Part shown: piece after piece, positions 28,843 to 38,742 of the stretch
Numbering within the stretch: position 1 is the first letter of the stretch
How the letters are laid out: each line of letters begins with the position of its first letter
Assembly (NCBI GenBank): GCA_000993685.1
Contig: LBWP01000012.1
Location: 1-59,744 of the forward strand
Direction of reading: 5' to 3'
DNA from: Candidatus Woesebacteria bacterium GW2011_GWA1_39_21
GTDB lineage: Bacteria; Patescibacteriota; Microgenomatia; UBA8517
Length of the DNA: 59,744 nt
The notes under the pieces: generated by a model
Databases searched by the model: none
What the model saw: the letters and a program-made list of their open reading frames with translations, nothing else
What the model was told of the DNA's origin: nothing
Program-made: the position numbers and the translations under genes

Positions 28843-29721
28843 TTATTTACTTATGACTATCTTTGGCTTTTTGAATTTATCAAACGTCAGTAAAAGTGGA
28901 ATGGCAACAAAAGGAGATGAATACGTCCCAGAAACCGTTCCGATCAAAAGTGCAACCGCAAACCATCTGATAGACTGTCCCCCTAAAAGCACCAAAGCTA
29001 CCAACATGAAGATAATCGTGAAAGAATTGTTCAAAGATCTGGTCATAGTCTGTGTAACTGCACCGTCGGCAATTTCACTAAGATTCCTGTAATCTCTTTT
29101 AGAAACTTCACGGATCCGATCAAACACAACAATAGTATCGTGAACTGAGAAAGAGAGGATTGTTAACATTGCTGTCACGAACAGAAAGTCAATTTCCACG
29201 CTCAAAAAATGGCCCAAAAGTGAAAAGGATCCCAAAAGTACGAGACTGTCATGCAACATTGCCAAAACCGCAGCAAGACCGTACTTAATATTTTTAAATT
29301 GGTATGCAACCCAAAGTAAAATGATGCTGGTAGAAAAAATCACTGCATATATCGTTTTTTGAATTAGCTCAGGACCAATTGCAGGTCCCACCACTTCGTA
29401 ACTTAACTCTTGATAATTTGTATCTACATTCTTCAAATCCGCACCCACTTGTACTTTCTGTCGCTGTGAAAGCGCTTCGGTTTTTATCGTAAATTGATGG
29501 TTGGCTGATGAATTAATCGAAACGTCTGAAACACCTGCATTTTTGAAAACACCGGTTAGAGCATCTTTCCCAACGTCTTTGGAAAAACTATAGTTGACGA
29601 CCGATCCACCCGTAAAATCAATCCCAAGTTTTAATCTCCAAAAAACAAGAGACAGTATCGAAGTCAAAAGGAAAAATCCGGAAATACTAAAATAAATAGA
29701 CTTATATTTCATCCAGTGCAT
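28843..29721 (-). CDS. secF: Protein translocase subunit SecF
   Basis: GIDFTGG, LHD, FSVHDTIVVFDRIRE, GTYSS. Confidence 0.95.
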   Translation of the reverse strand: MHWMKYKSIYFSISGFFLLTSILSLVFWRLKLGIDFTGGSVVNYSFSKDVGKDALTGVFKNAGVSDVSINSSANHQFTIKTEALSQRQKVQVGADLKNVDTNYQELSYEVVGPAIGPELIQKTIYAVIFSTSIILLWVAYQFKNIKYGLAAVLAMLHDSLVLLGSFSLLGHFLSVEIDFLFVTAMLTILSFSVHDTIVVFDRIREVSKRDYRNLSEIADGAVTQTMTRSLNNSFTIIFMLVALVLLGGQSIRWFAVALLIGTVSGTYSSPFVAIPLLLTFDKFKKPKIVISK

Positions 29722-29771
29722 ACCTTTTATAAAAACAGATCGTTATAAAACAAACCGAAAAAAATGTATAT

Positions 29772-31106
29772 TTAAGACTTTCTTTCTTTAAGTAAAACTC
29801 TCAATAAATTTCGTGAAACAAATATTCCTGTAAAAAGACTCACAAATACCCCCAACGCCAAGGTGATTGCAAAACCCCGAACCGGTCCTGAAACATGTAA
29901 AAACTTCCAGTCCAGTGGATTAGCAAGAACAAAAGATGTTGCTAAAGTTGCGATATTTGCATCCCGAATCGAATCCCACGCTCTTCCGAAGGAAACCTCC
30001 AAAGCGTCAGCCAGTGGCCTGACACGGATTTCTTCTTTGAATCTTTCGAATATCAAAATGTTAGAATCAACTGCCATCCCAACCGATAATAAAAATCCTG
30101 CAATTCCCGGTAGTGTTAAAGTTACCGGAATTAGTTTGTAAATTGCCAATGTTATCAGACTAAATATCACAAGTGCAAAGTCGGCAATCAAACCCAGTTT
30201 TCCATACATTAAGATCATAAAAAATAAAACCATTAGAAGACCAATTAGTCCTGCTTGCACAGATTTAGCAACAGAGTCTGTCCCTAAAGATGCTTGGATA
30301 GTCTGTTGTTCAACTAAATGGATAGGCACAGGAAGTGCTCCGGCATTTAACTGAATTGCCAAATTTTTCGCCTCTTCTGTTGAAAAGCTTCCACTAATAA
30401 CAGCAGAACCCCCAGAAATTCGATCTTGCACAACTGGTGCTGAAACCACTGAATTATCCAGAATGATCGGCAATGGCTTACCGATATTTTTCGCTGTCAG
30501 TTCTTCAAATTTTCTTGCGCCATCGTCGGTAAAAGTCAAGGCAACGATAGGTTTGGATGTTTGGCCGTCAAATTCCACCCTTGCTCCACGCAAATCAGCC
30601 CCCGTCAAATCAGTGGGCTCTAAATTTTGTTCACTCCCTTCGCTCACTTGAGCAAATTCCAGCTGTGCGGTTTTACCAATTAAATCAATTGCAGAATTTG
30701 TATCTTTTATTCCCGGAAGCTCAATAATTACCCGAAGCTTATCTTTAAACGACGAAGTGCGTACAGTTGGCTCTGATACGCCAAAAAGATTAACACGCCG
30801 CTCAATAATATCCCGAACCCCCTCCACCGATGTCATTTTCATATCGCTGGCTACTTTTGAGGTATCTGCCTCAAACACTAGATAACTTCCACCTGCCAAA
30901 TCAAGACCTAAAGACATATCTAAATCCCTTTTCAAATCCTTACCAAAAATCCGTATATCCAAATCCGGCCTAATGATCTGGCCATCAACGTGGATAAATT
31001 TATAGGTGATTTTGACTGGAATTCGTTTCGGAACGGAAATCACTAAACAAACGACTGTCAGAAGTATGACAATGATAATATTTCGTAAAGCTTTTTCAAT
31101 TCGCAT
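29772..31106 (-). CDS. secD: Protein translocase subunit SecD
   Basis: LGLDLAGG, RRVN.FGVSEP, GALPVP, GMAVDSNILIFER. ATG 31106 preferred. Confidence 0.95.
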   Translation of the reverse strand: MRIEKALRNIIIVILLTVVCLVISVPKRIPVKITYKFIHVDGQIIRPDLDIRIFGKDLKRDLDMSLGLDLAGGSYLVFEADTSKVASDMKMTSVEGVRDIIERRVNLFGVSEPTVRTSSFKDKLRVIIELPGIKDTNSAIDLIGKTAQLEFAQVSEGSEQNLEPTDLTGADLRGARVEFDGQTSKPIVALTFTDDGARKFEELTAKNIGKPLPIILDNSVVSAPVVQDRISGGSAVISGSFSTEEAKNLAIQLNAGALPVPIHLVEQQTIQASLGTDSVAKSVQAGLIGLLMVLFFMILMYGKLGLIADFALVIFSLITLAIYKLIPVTLTLPGIAGFLLSVGMAVDSNILIFERFKEEIRVRPLADALEVSFGRAWDSIRDANIATLATSFVLANPLDWKFLHVSGPVRGFAITLALGVFVSLFTGIFVSRNLLRVLLKERKS

Positions 31107-31265
31107 AATTGTAAATTTATCTCCAGTTGCAAAGATTTTACAACAAACAGTCAGAAACAATATCACAAAATATTTTTTGGCAGGAGCTGAAAACCAACAT
31201 TAAACTCTAGTATCTACCTCAAAACAATTTTTTGAATGAAAACGAAATTTAGTTTTGAAGTAAAC

Positions 31266-31850
31266 CTACGATACCAAACTTTCTTCGTCCCCAATTATCA
31301 TAACACGACTACCCGAGAGGATATCCTGCAAAAACGGGTCTCTTCTTTTTTTGCGAAATTCCAATTCTTCCCTACTCATCACGGTATAATTTATCTCTTT
31401 ACCTCTTTTGGACTCCTCTTTTCTGATAATTGCAGCCAACTCCGGTAAAACAACTTCCCCAATAATTAATATATCCACAGAATCTTCTCGTTTACGACTC
31501 TTTTTCCGCGCGAACTTCCCAGAAAACATTACCAACGAAATTCTACCAATTCTACTTTTATTTGCGATTATTTCATTCCCTAACCCGGTAGTTTTACCAA
31601 CTATCGAAAGTAAATCCTCATAAAAGGCATATTCATCGTTAAGATAGTAATATACACGGTTACCTCTGTTTTCTTTTTTCAAAAGACCTGAACTTTCCAT
31701 TCTTTTTAATTCGCGCCTGACAGCATTAATTTCTTCCTTAATTGCACGGACAATACCCCTAACATGATACATTTCAGATATATCCGAAAAGAATAAGTCC
31801 AATATTTTTACTCTAACTTTTGAGGTTATAATATCCGAAAGAGTGGCCAT
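31266..31850 (-). CDS. Winged-HTH plus nucleotidyltransferase-fold protein
   Basis: N-terminal HTH (VRGIVR..INAVRREL); FSGKF...VDILIIG resembles a degenerate Pol-beta motif. Confidence 0.65.
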   Translation of the reverse strand: MATLSDIITSKVRVKILDLFFSDISEMYHVRGIVRAIKEEINAVRRELKRMESSGLLKKENRGNRVYYYLNDEYAFYEDLLSIVGKTTGLGNEIIANKSRIGRISLVMFSGKFARKKSRKREDSVDILIIGEVVLPELAAIIRKEESKRGKEINYTVMSREELEFRKKRRDPFLQDILSGSRVMIIGDEESLVS

Positions 31851-31914
31851 AATAATTAGTAATCGTTAACAATAATATATCACTGAAGTTCAAAAAATCA
31901 AACCACAAAATTAC

Positions 31915-33132
31915 TCAATATTTTATCTTACTTCCTGAAGGGACGGCCTCTACCCAAATCATACCCCTAACAAATGAGATTTCCTTGCCTTTATCATCAA
32001 AAAACAATGTTCTTGACGTGATACCCTCTTTTTTCCACGCACCATTTGTTACTGTACCATTGTTGAATAGCACGAATTCACCTTTACCGACAACATCATA
32101 GTTCATATGAAACTCTTTATCGACGGGGCCCCTTTCCTTGACAAATTGAATAAGCACATTTTTTACCTGGATTTGTTTATTGTCGTATTCCAAGTCAACA
32201 AATGGTTTTCCGCCGCTTGTCCGCTTGTAGGAGTTACTGGCACCGTCATATTGCCAAGCTACATCATAGTCACCCTTATTCTCCCAAAAACCGAATGATA
32301 TATCACTGATTTTACTATCACTTACCGGGGAGTCATCCTTAAATTGCCATTCGCGAAAATTTTGGCTCCAGCTGTCACCATTTTCGTCTTTGTATACAAA
32401 ACCACGTTTTTCAGCTTCTTTATACACTTCATTGATATAAGCTGTGGGTTGGTGTTCAATTGCAGCGTCTTTCTCATTACTGATACGGTTGGGGAGTCGT
32501 TTCAATGCAGGAAAACCAAGATTGGATTGACCATCCATATCATTCCCATACGTGCCATTTCTCCAACCAATCTTATCCAAAAGTTTGAAGGCATCAACTT
32601 CAGAAGCAATCTTTCCCGCCTCCTTCACGCCACCCCAACAGTTATTGCAGATATTATTGGCTCCTCCCCAATGGAGGAATATTGGTTTCTCACCATATTC
32701 AGCAGCCCAATTAATAAAGTAGACACGCGCGCTTCGGATTACCGCCAATTGGAAATCTGACACTGCAGCATTGCAATAAAATACTCCCAAAAATCTGGTA
32801 ATTCCTCCTTCAGCCACAGCTTCATAAACAACGTCTGCTCTCGAAATACCGGAAAGCGGACGGGCATCAACATGATTTTCTACCATCGCAGTAAGCGGTC
32901 TTCTTGTTTCCCAAACTTCTCTAACTGGTTTTGAATACATCGCACCGTTTATAGGACATTGTTCTGTTTTTGGAAGAGAATCGTCTATTGTCAAATTCCC
33001 ATTAGAAGATCCTACCATGCTACTCGTTTGAGGTTTTCCTTTTAAGTATGAAAATGCCGCCCAAGATACTCCGCTTGAAATAAGATACAATCCCAGCAAG
33101 CTTACAACTAACGCTAAAGGGAATCTTTTCAT
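31915..33132 (-). CDS. DUF3048-family surface protein
   Basis: RP..MVEN..ARP.SG..AD.VYE..AEGGITRF, IRSAR. Confidence 0.85.
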   Translation of the reverse strand: MKRFPLALVVSLLGLYLISSGVSWAAFSYLKGKPQTSSMVGSSNGNLTIDDSLPKTEQCPINGAMYSKPVREVWETRRPLTAMVENHVDARPLSGISRADVVYEAVAEGGITRFLGVFYCNAAVSDFQLAVIRSARVYFINWAAEYGEKPIFLHWGGANNICNNCWGGVKEAGKIASEVDAFKLLDKIGWRNGTYGNDMDGQSNLGFPALKRLPNRISNEKDAAIEHQPTAYINEVYKEAEKRGFVYKDENGDSWSQNFREWQFKDDSPVSDSKISDISFGFWENKGDYDVAWQYDGASNSYKRTSGGKPFVDLEYDNKQIQVKNVLIQFVKERGPVDKEFHMNYDVVGKGEFVLFNNGTVTNGAWKKEGITSRTLFFDDKGKEISFVRGMIWVEAVPSGSKIKY

Positions 33133-33186
33133 ACAAATTTCATGATAGTAACAAAAAAGATTATTTTCAATAGACAACAACAATCA

Positions 33187-33639
33187 CTATGCTGAAGCCT
33201 TAGCTAAAGCTTCCTTCTCCTCTTTTGACAAATCCTGCTTACAGTGACCCTTATCGACCCTCTTGACATAAACGCGCGTCCTTTCTCTTGTATGCAAACC
33301 GGTAATAATAAAACCTGTTAGATGTTCATCCAAAAGCACCAAAGAAAAGCTGTGGTTACCTCCCAACTCCGAAAATGGATTAAATTGAACAAAAGCAACT
33401 TTTTGTAAGTGATGCGAAACATTTTTCTTCAATGCTTCCAGCTCCTTGTTTATACTTCCGATTCCTTCAGTGTTGGCCTTCTCAATAGACGAAAGATGTG
33501 TCAGAATTTTAATTAAGTCAGCTCTACCAACACCCTGCGACAACTTCCTGAAAAATAAAAAAATGTAAATCGATAGCGATAACGAAAGGATGTTTAAAAT
33601 AAAAAGAAAAACTAAAAGAGCTGTCAAATAGTTGGCCAT
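33187..33639 (-). CDS. DUF4446-family protein
   Basis: TM, FNPF.E.GG..SFS..LLD, H.R..TRVY.K, LS.EE. Confidence 0.85.
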   Translation of the reverse strand: MANYLTALLVFLFILNILSLSLSIYIFLFFRKLSQGVGRADLIKILTHLSSIEKANTEGIGSINKELEALKKNVSHHLQKVAFVQFNPFSELGGNHSFSLVLLDEHLTGFIITGLHTRERTRVYVKRVDKGHCKQDLSKEEKEALAKASA

Positions 33640-33756
33640 AATTTAATCATACACAAAAACTGTTGTTTGTTCGACAGCCTTCTTATTAAAGTGGTATACA
33701 GTTTGTGATACCCAGGTTAATTGTTTTTCATCCAGTTTTGTGCTATTAAAAAAGCA

Positions 33757-34050
33757 GTGTCAAAAAGAAGAACTCGCTTACAAAAAATTAAGGCGCAGAA
33801 AAAAATTAAATTGGCTCCAGAGTTGTTGCAAAATTCAAATAAAACGTCCGAAGCTGAATCTGTCAAGAGTGATTTTCCAAACAGTGAAAAAATCAAATTG
33901 GAAACAAAAACAATTTCAAATAATCCCGTAGATACGGAACAATCCCTAAATTTGAAGCTGATCAGAGAGGATATAACCAAAAGCCTCATCACTTCCAGCC
34001 TCATGTTGTGCCTGATAGTAGTGATATACTTACTTTGGTACAAATATTGA
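33757..34050 (+). CDS. Small protein with C-terminal TM anchor
   Basis: Basic N-terminus (SKRRTR), IREDITKSL, TM tail. Start codon uncertain. Confidence 0.5.
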   Translation: MSKRRTRLQKIKAQKKIKLAPELLQNSNKTSEAESVKSDFPNSEKIKLETKTISNNPVDTEQSLNLKLIREDITKSLITSSLMLCLIVVIYLLWYKY

Positions 34051-34110
34051 TTTGTACATTAAACCGTTAGGAATCAGGTCAGCTGCCCTTCGGGAGGAGG
34101 TGAAGAATTA

Positions 34111-34242
34111 ATGTATTGTGTAAAATGTCGTGCCAAGAGAGAAGGCAAAGACGTTCAAGAAGTAACAATGAAGAACGGCAAGAAAGCCAAGAAAGCAAAA
34201 TGCGAAGTCTGTGGCACAACAATGTTCAGAATCGGAGGCTAA
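34111..34242 (+). CDS. 43-aa zinc-ribbon protein (DUF5679-like), absent from the ORF track
   Basis: MYCVKCRAKREGKDVQEVTMKNGKKAKKAKCEVCGTTMFRIGG; strong SD GGAGGAGGTG; two CxxC. Confidence 0.85.
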   Translation: MYCVKCRAKREGKDVQEVTMKNGKKAKKAKCEVCGTTMFRIGG

Positions 34243-34266
34243 ACTCACGGTTTTGAATACTTAACC

Positions 34267-34300
34267 AAAAGGGTAGTTCCTGCGACGCGGGAGCCCTTTT
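34267..34300 (+). terminator. Intrinsic terminator after the zinc-ribbon gene
   Basis: CAAAAGGG...TTCCTGC GAC GCGGGAG CCCTTTTG. Confidence 0.65.
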
Positions 34301-34315
34301 GTTTGTGAATAGTCA

Positions 34316-34933
34316 ATGACTAAAGACAATTTCAAAAAAATATTCAGCACTTTCGATCGTAACTACGTACCAATTCCACTCGAGGTCTTTGGGGAAAACC
34401 CTTACAAAACTCTGGTTTCTACGTTACTCTCTTCCAGAACTAAAGACGAGGTTACACTCAAGTCATCAAAAAGATTGTTTGAAGAGGCGCCAAATATTAA
34501 CAGATTGGGTAAGCTAAGTCAGACAAAAATCCAAAAGTTAATTTACCCAGTTGGCTTTTATAAAAGTAAAGCGCGGCACCTGGCAAAACTTGCCGATATG
34601 GTTATACAGAATCACCGTGGAAAAATTCCTAACACGAAAGAGGAACTGATGAAACTTCCTGGCGTTGGAAGAAAGACCGCCAATCTGGTCTTAAACAGAG
34701 CTTTCAGAATCCCTGCAATTGCCGTTGATACCCATGTACATAAAATCAGTAACTTGTTGAGCTGGGTAAAAACCAAAACTCCTGAAAAAACAGAAGTTGA
34801 GCTGATTAAGATACTTCCCAAAAAATATTGGAGTGATACCAACCGTCTTTTTGTCTCTATCGGAAGACAGTTTAATACCCAAAAGAAGTTACTATCATTT
34901 CTCAAGAGGAAAAAGTTAATTAATACGCCGTGA
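34316..34933 (+). CDS. nth: Endonuclease III-family DNA glycosylase (no Fe-S motif)
   Basis: LLSSRTKD, HhH LPGVGRKTAN, AVDTHV. Confidence 0.9.
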   Translation: MTKDNFKKIFSTFDRNYVPIPLEVFGENPYKTLVSTLLSSRTKDEVTLKSSKRLFEEAPNINRLGKLSQTKIQKLIYPVGFYKSKARHLAKLADMVIQNHRGKIPNTKEELMKLPGVGRKTANLVLNRAFRIPAIAVDTHVHKISNLLSWVKTKTPEKTEVELIKILPKKYWSDTNRLFVSIGRQFNTQKKLLSFLKRKKLINTP

Positions 34934-35570
34934 TCGCGACAGCGAAGGTATTTTGGGCATAAATACATCCCCAAACGAATTCCCCACCGTTGAGAAGTTT
35001 CTTATGACCCAAGGTGTTATCCCAAAGTCCAACCGTTTCTTCAGGTGTTAAACCTCCATATGCTAAAAATTCGGCGATCGTTGAGTATTTTTCAAATATC
35101 CACTTAAGGTCCGGGCGCCTTTCCGTCATGTTTCCAAAACCTTCGTGTCCATCTAATTTCCCAAGCTCCAGAAGTTCATTTAACCTAATTGATGCAATTG
35201 TACAAAGCTCATCTGCTTGTTTTAAGGGATTAACGCCATACTCAACGCGTTTCCCATTTACAGCTTCCCATAATTGAGGTCCTCCCCAAATAACTCCTTG
35301 TGAAACTTTCTTGACACTCGGCGAGGGAACTTTGGTGGGAGCAGGCGTACCCTGCTCAATGACATAACTCGTCGCATCAGGTTGGGTAAAAATTTGCGTT
35401 AAATACTCATCCATACTTTTTTGGCCTTCAAGATAACCACGAAAATATGTATAACGAAGAGCTGTGCATAAAAGCAAAACAAGAGCCGTGGCCATCCCGC
35501 TAAAAAGCAGAGTTTTAACAATGATTAGTACAACTTTTTCAGCAAACTTCCAACGATTTTGACTAGGCAT
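34920..35570 (-). CDS. CAP/SCP-domain membrane-anchored protein
   Basis: VN..R...G..PL, H.GF, AE.LA, W..T.GH..LL. Confidence 0.8.
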   Translation of the reverse strand: MPSQNRWKFAEKVVLIIVKTLLFSGMATALVLLLCTALRYTYFRGYLEGQKSMDEYLTQIFTQPDATSYVIEQGTPAPTKVPSPSVKKVSQGVIWGGPQLWEAVNGKRVEYGVNPLKQADELCTIASIRLNELLELGKLDGHEGFGNMTERRPDLKWIFEKYSTIAEFLAYGGLTPEETVGLWDNTLGHKKLLNGGEFVWGCIYAQNTFAVAITAY

Positions 35571-35577
35571 AATCAGC

Positions 35578-36027
35578 TTATTTATAATCGGAAGAATCCA
35601 AAAGTATTGTTACCGGTCCGTCAAGTTCAAGCGAGATTTTCATATATTCTCCAAAAACACCTTTCTGAACATCGATTCCCTTTTGTTCGAGAAGCTCCAA
35701 AAAGAGTTCATACAAAGTTCGCGCCTCTTGCGGGTTTTTTGCTTTAATAAATGAGGGTCGATTACCATCTTTAGTATCAGCATAAAGAGTAAATTGTGAC
35801 ACAACCAATATCGAAGAATTTGTGTCGGAAACAGATAAATTCATCTTATCGTTATCATCAGACATGATTCTTAATTTAGATACTTTTTCCGCCAATACTT
35901 TTGCATCAGCCTCAAAATCACTCTCACCGACTCCAAAAAGAACAAATAGCCCTTTGCCAATTTTCCCCGACACTTTCCCGGACACACTCACTTCAGCTCT
36001 GTTTACCCTTTGAATAATCAAACGCAT
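35578..36027 (-). CDS. dtd: D-aminoacyl-tRNA deacylase
   Basis: MRLIIQRV, VSQFTLYAD, GNRPSF, DGPVT. Confidence 0.95.
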   Translation of the reverse strand: MRLIIQRVNRAEVSVSGKVSGKIGKGLFVLFGVGESDFEADAKVLAEKVSKLRIMSDDNDKMNLSVSDTNSSILVVSQFTLYADTKDGNRPSFIKAKNPQEARTLYELFLELLEQKGIDVQKGVFGEYMKISLELDGPVTILLDSSDYK

Positions 36028-36072
36028 ACGCTTATTTTAGCAAAAACTTGCGAATCTTGTCGCCCTACAAAA

Positions 36073-36186
36073 TCAAAGCTCACTTTCCTTCGGTCTGTAT
36101 TGAAGGGCTTCCGCTATGTGATTAGTCGTGATATCCTTTACTCCCTCCAAATCTGCAATCATCCGAGCGATTTTTATTACTTTAAA
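36073..36186 (-). pseudogene. Displaced second copy of the yifB/comM 3' end (island boundary)
   Basis: Translates [37 protein letters not shown] versus [37 protein letters not shown] at 41924-42037. Confidence 0.9.
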
Positions 36187-36208
36187 GAAATATTTTATTC
36201 ATTGTTAT

Positions 36209-37009
36209 TTATAAGTCAGACTTCCTTTTTAAACTATTAATCCTATTTTTTCCGTCTTCGAGTAAATATACCCTCATTTCAGCTGGTATCCTTTCCCACC
36301 GACTTAGGCACCTGAAAGGTGCCGCTACTTCGACAGGAGTTTCCGCCGAATATTCTTTTAAAAACCGATGTGTAATATTGTCCTTCAACCTTTCTAAAAG
36401 CTCTTCGCCATTGTTTTTATTATCTACCAAAATTTTGGTTCCACAAACATACCTATCTACGAGAGGACCTGGTACAAAACTACCATTGGGTGTTAACAAA
36501 AACGCTGGGAAAAACGTTACTTCTCTCCCGGAAAACAACCAATATGTTTTTGAAAATTTAACCAATCTACCATCAAAAGTTCGTTGAGAATAGTCCTGGT
36601 TAGGGTTGAAGTTACCTGAATTTCGAATTGCTAATAAGTACACATCTTTGTCCAGATTAACTAAATCCGTATTAACCACGTCTACAAACGATCGTGAAAC
36701 TGTTATATCAATTCCGACTGGAACATCTTTTAAAAAACTTTTTATTTGTAACATATCTATCCCCTGGCTTTCTTTTGAAATTGTTAGGCAATCATGCAAT
36801 CCTGAAATTAAAGGTTGTAATAGATTGTCGCCTTTCACTTTTTCCAGTCCATTTATTTCTGGAGTAACTACCTCGATATCAATATCTGAAGTTGGTTTGG
36901 GTAAACCATATGCCCTTGAGCCTTCAAGTAATATGTAATCAGATAGCGGGGAAAAAATTTCAACCACCCTCTCAATTATTTCGTTAGAAAAGCGTTCATG
37001 TGATGACAT
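36209..37009 (-). CDS. Pol-beta-type nucleotidyltransferase domain protein
   Basis: LEGSRAYG...SDIDI...IDIT motif. Confidence 0.7.
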   Translation of the reverse strand: MSSHERFSNEIIERVVEIFSPLSDYILLEGSRAYGLPKPTSDIDIEVVTPEINGLEKVKGDNLLQPLISGLHDCLTISKESQGIDMLQIKSFLKDVPVGIDITVSRSFVDVVNTDLVNLDKDVYLLAIRNSGNFNPNQDYSQRTFDGRLVKFSKTYWLFSGREVTFFPAFLLTPNGSFVPGPLVDRYVCGTKILVDNKNNGEELLERLKDNITHRFLKEYSAETPVEVAAPFRCLSRWERIPAEMRVYLLEDGKNRINSLKRKSDL

Positions 37010-37113
37010 AGTAAGTGAAGTATATAACACATAACCTATTATGGGATATATTTCTGTTTTTGTATTTTGATTTAAGGATATTAATTAATATACAATACGA
37101 TCATAGACATCCA

Positions 37114-38124
37114 ATGAAAATATTAGTTACAGGGGGTTCAGGTTATATCGGTAGTCACACTTGTTTAGAACTACTTAAAATGAATTACGAAGTTGCAGTA
37201 ATTGACAACTTGAGCAACAGCAAGAAGACAAGTCTGAAAAGAGTCGAAAAAATAACAAAAAACAAAATAGACTTTTTTAAAGTTGATTTGCTCGATTTAA
37301 AAAAATTAAATCATGTTTTTGACAAATTCACTCCCGATGCAGTAATACACTTTGCTGGGAAAAAAGCAGTAGGGGAATCGGTAATAAAACCTATAGAATA
37401 TTATAAAAACAACCTAGGTGGAACAATAAATTTAATTGAGGTAATGAAAAACCATAATATTAAAAAATTAATCTTCAGCTCCTCCTGTACTGTATACGGC
37501 TTGCCCAATAAAGTCCCTATAAAAGAAGATTTTCCTGTGTCGGCGGTAAATCCCTACGGCAGGACAAAACTTTTTATTGAATTTCTTTTACAGGACGTCT
37601 CTCAGTCGGATCCCAATTGGAATATTATTGTTTTAAGATATTTCAATCCCGTCGGAGCCGATCAAAGCGGTATTATTGGGGAAGATCCAAACGGAATTCC
37701 TAATAATCTATTTCCGTACATAACTCAGGTGGCTGTCGGAAAATTGCCTATACTTTCAATCTACGGTAATGATTACCCTACTCCTGACGGAACCTGTATC
37801 AGAGATTATATCCATGTAAGTGATTTAGCTTTCGGTCATGTAAAAGCTATCGATAAACTACGCAAATCTTCAGGTACTAATACATATAACTTAGGAACGG
37901 GCAAAGGTTACAGCGTTCTAGAAGTGCTCTCTACATTCGAAAAAGTGACGGGTAAAAATATTCCTCACCGATTCGTTAAAAGAAGAGAAGGTGATGTATC
38001 AGCTTCATATTCGGATACAACCAAGGCTCGCCGGGAGTTGGGGTGGAAAGCTAATAAAAATCTCGAAGACATGTGCAAAGATGCGTGGCATTTCCAATCT
38101 TTGAATCCCCGAGGGTACAACTGA
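37114..38124 (+). CDS. galE: UDP-glucose 4-epimerase
   Basis: GGSGYIGSH, KAVGES, YGRTK, LRYFNPVGA, RDYIHV. ATG 37114. Confidence 0.95.
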   Translation: MKILVTGGSGYIGSHTCLELLKMNYEVAVIDNLSNSKKTSLKRVEKITKNKIDFFKVDLLDLKKLNHVFDKFTPDAVIHFAGKKAVGESVIKPIEYYKNNLGGTINLIEVMKNHNIKKLIFSSSCTVYGLPNKVPIKEDFPVSAVNPYGRTKLFIEFLLQDVSQSDPNWNIIVLRYFNPVGADQSGIIGEDPNGIPNNLFPYITQVAVGKLPILSIYGNDYPTPDGTCIRDYIHVSDLAFGHVKAIDKLRKSSGTNTYNLGTGKGYSVLEVLSTFEKVTGKNIPHRFVKRREGDVSASYSDTTKARRELGWKANKNLEDMCKDAWHFQSLNPRGYN

Positions 38125-38145
38125 TCAACTTTATGGTTAAATAAA

Positions 38146-38604
38146 TTATTCTATTTCCCCAATATACTCCCCCTCTTTTGAAAATCCTTCATTAAAATCT
38201 TCAAGTAGTTTAGCGGATAAAGTTTTTGGCAAGAGATTATCAGGTAAATTATCAATATCAAGCCATGTTAACCAAACATCTCCGTCAGGATGTTGGGGAT
38301 CTTTCATACCTTCAAGTTTCTCTGTTTTGTCAATATTTCCTAATATAAACAGCTCTATACTATGTTCATCCTCATCAAGTTTGATAAAATCACGAACGTA
38401 GAGAATTTTTTGAAAATCAAACTTCACATCTTCCCCACATTCCTCTCTGGTTTCCCTTATACACGCATCCTTTATTGTTTCCCCATACTCCAAGTGACCG
38501 CCAATATAATGATAGAAATCACTTTTTTTTCGATACTGAACTAAAACTTTCTTGTCATGAATTACTACAAGCCTTACTCGTACATTAATCCTCTTATTTA
38601 ATTT
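38146..38604 (-). CDS. NUDIX hydrolase, 5' end lacking a canonical start
   Basis: Nudix box GGHLEYGETIKDACIRETREECG. The frame is open 37 codons upstream of the annotated TTG (..RINVRVRLVVIHDKKVLV..). Confidence 0.75.
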   Translation of the reverse strand, partial: KLNKRINVRVRLVVIHDKKVLVQYRKKSDFYHYIGGHLEYGETIKDACIRETREECGEDVKFDFQKILYVRDFIKLDEDEHSIELFILGNIDKTEKLEGMKDPQHPDGDVWLTWLDIDNLPDNLLPKTLSAKLLEDFNEGFSKEGEYIGEIE

Positions 38605-38641
38605 TTATAACTTTAAAATAACTTCTTGCTGATAAATTCAT
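38600..38641 (-). repeat. Internal copy of a yifB/comM segment (att-like)
   Basis: 39/42 identical to 42020-42061 (27 bp exact); encodes MNLSARSYFKVIKI. Confidence 0.9.
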
Positions 38642-38692
38642 ACTGGAGGTTTCCGCAATCATTATTTTCTAACGCAAAACTATATAACAAAT

Positions 38693-38722
38693 TTGACAAT
38701 GTGTTGTCATTTTTTATATAAT
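38693..38722 (+). promoter_or_regulatory. Sigma-70 promoter of the T-box/argHG transcript
   Basis: TTGACA-18 nt-TATAAT. Confidence 0.8.
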
Positions 38723-38742
38723 ACCTAACATATTCGTGTAAA

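Noticed and set aside
36010-36240. 76-aa plus-strand ORF
   Set aside because: It is the antisense shadow of the displaced comM 3' end.
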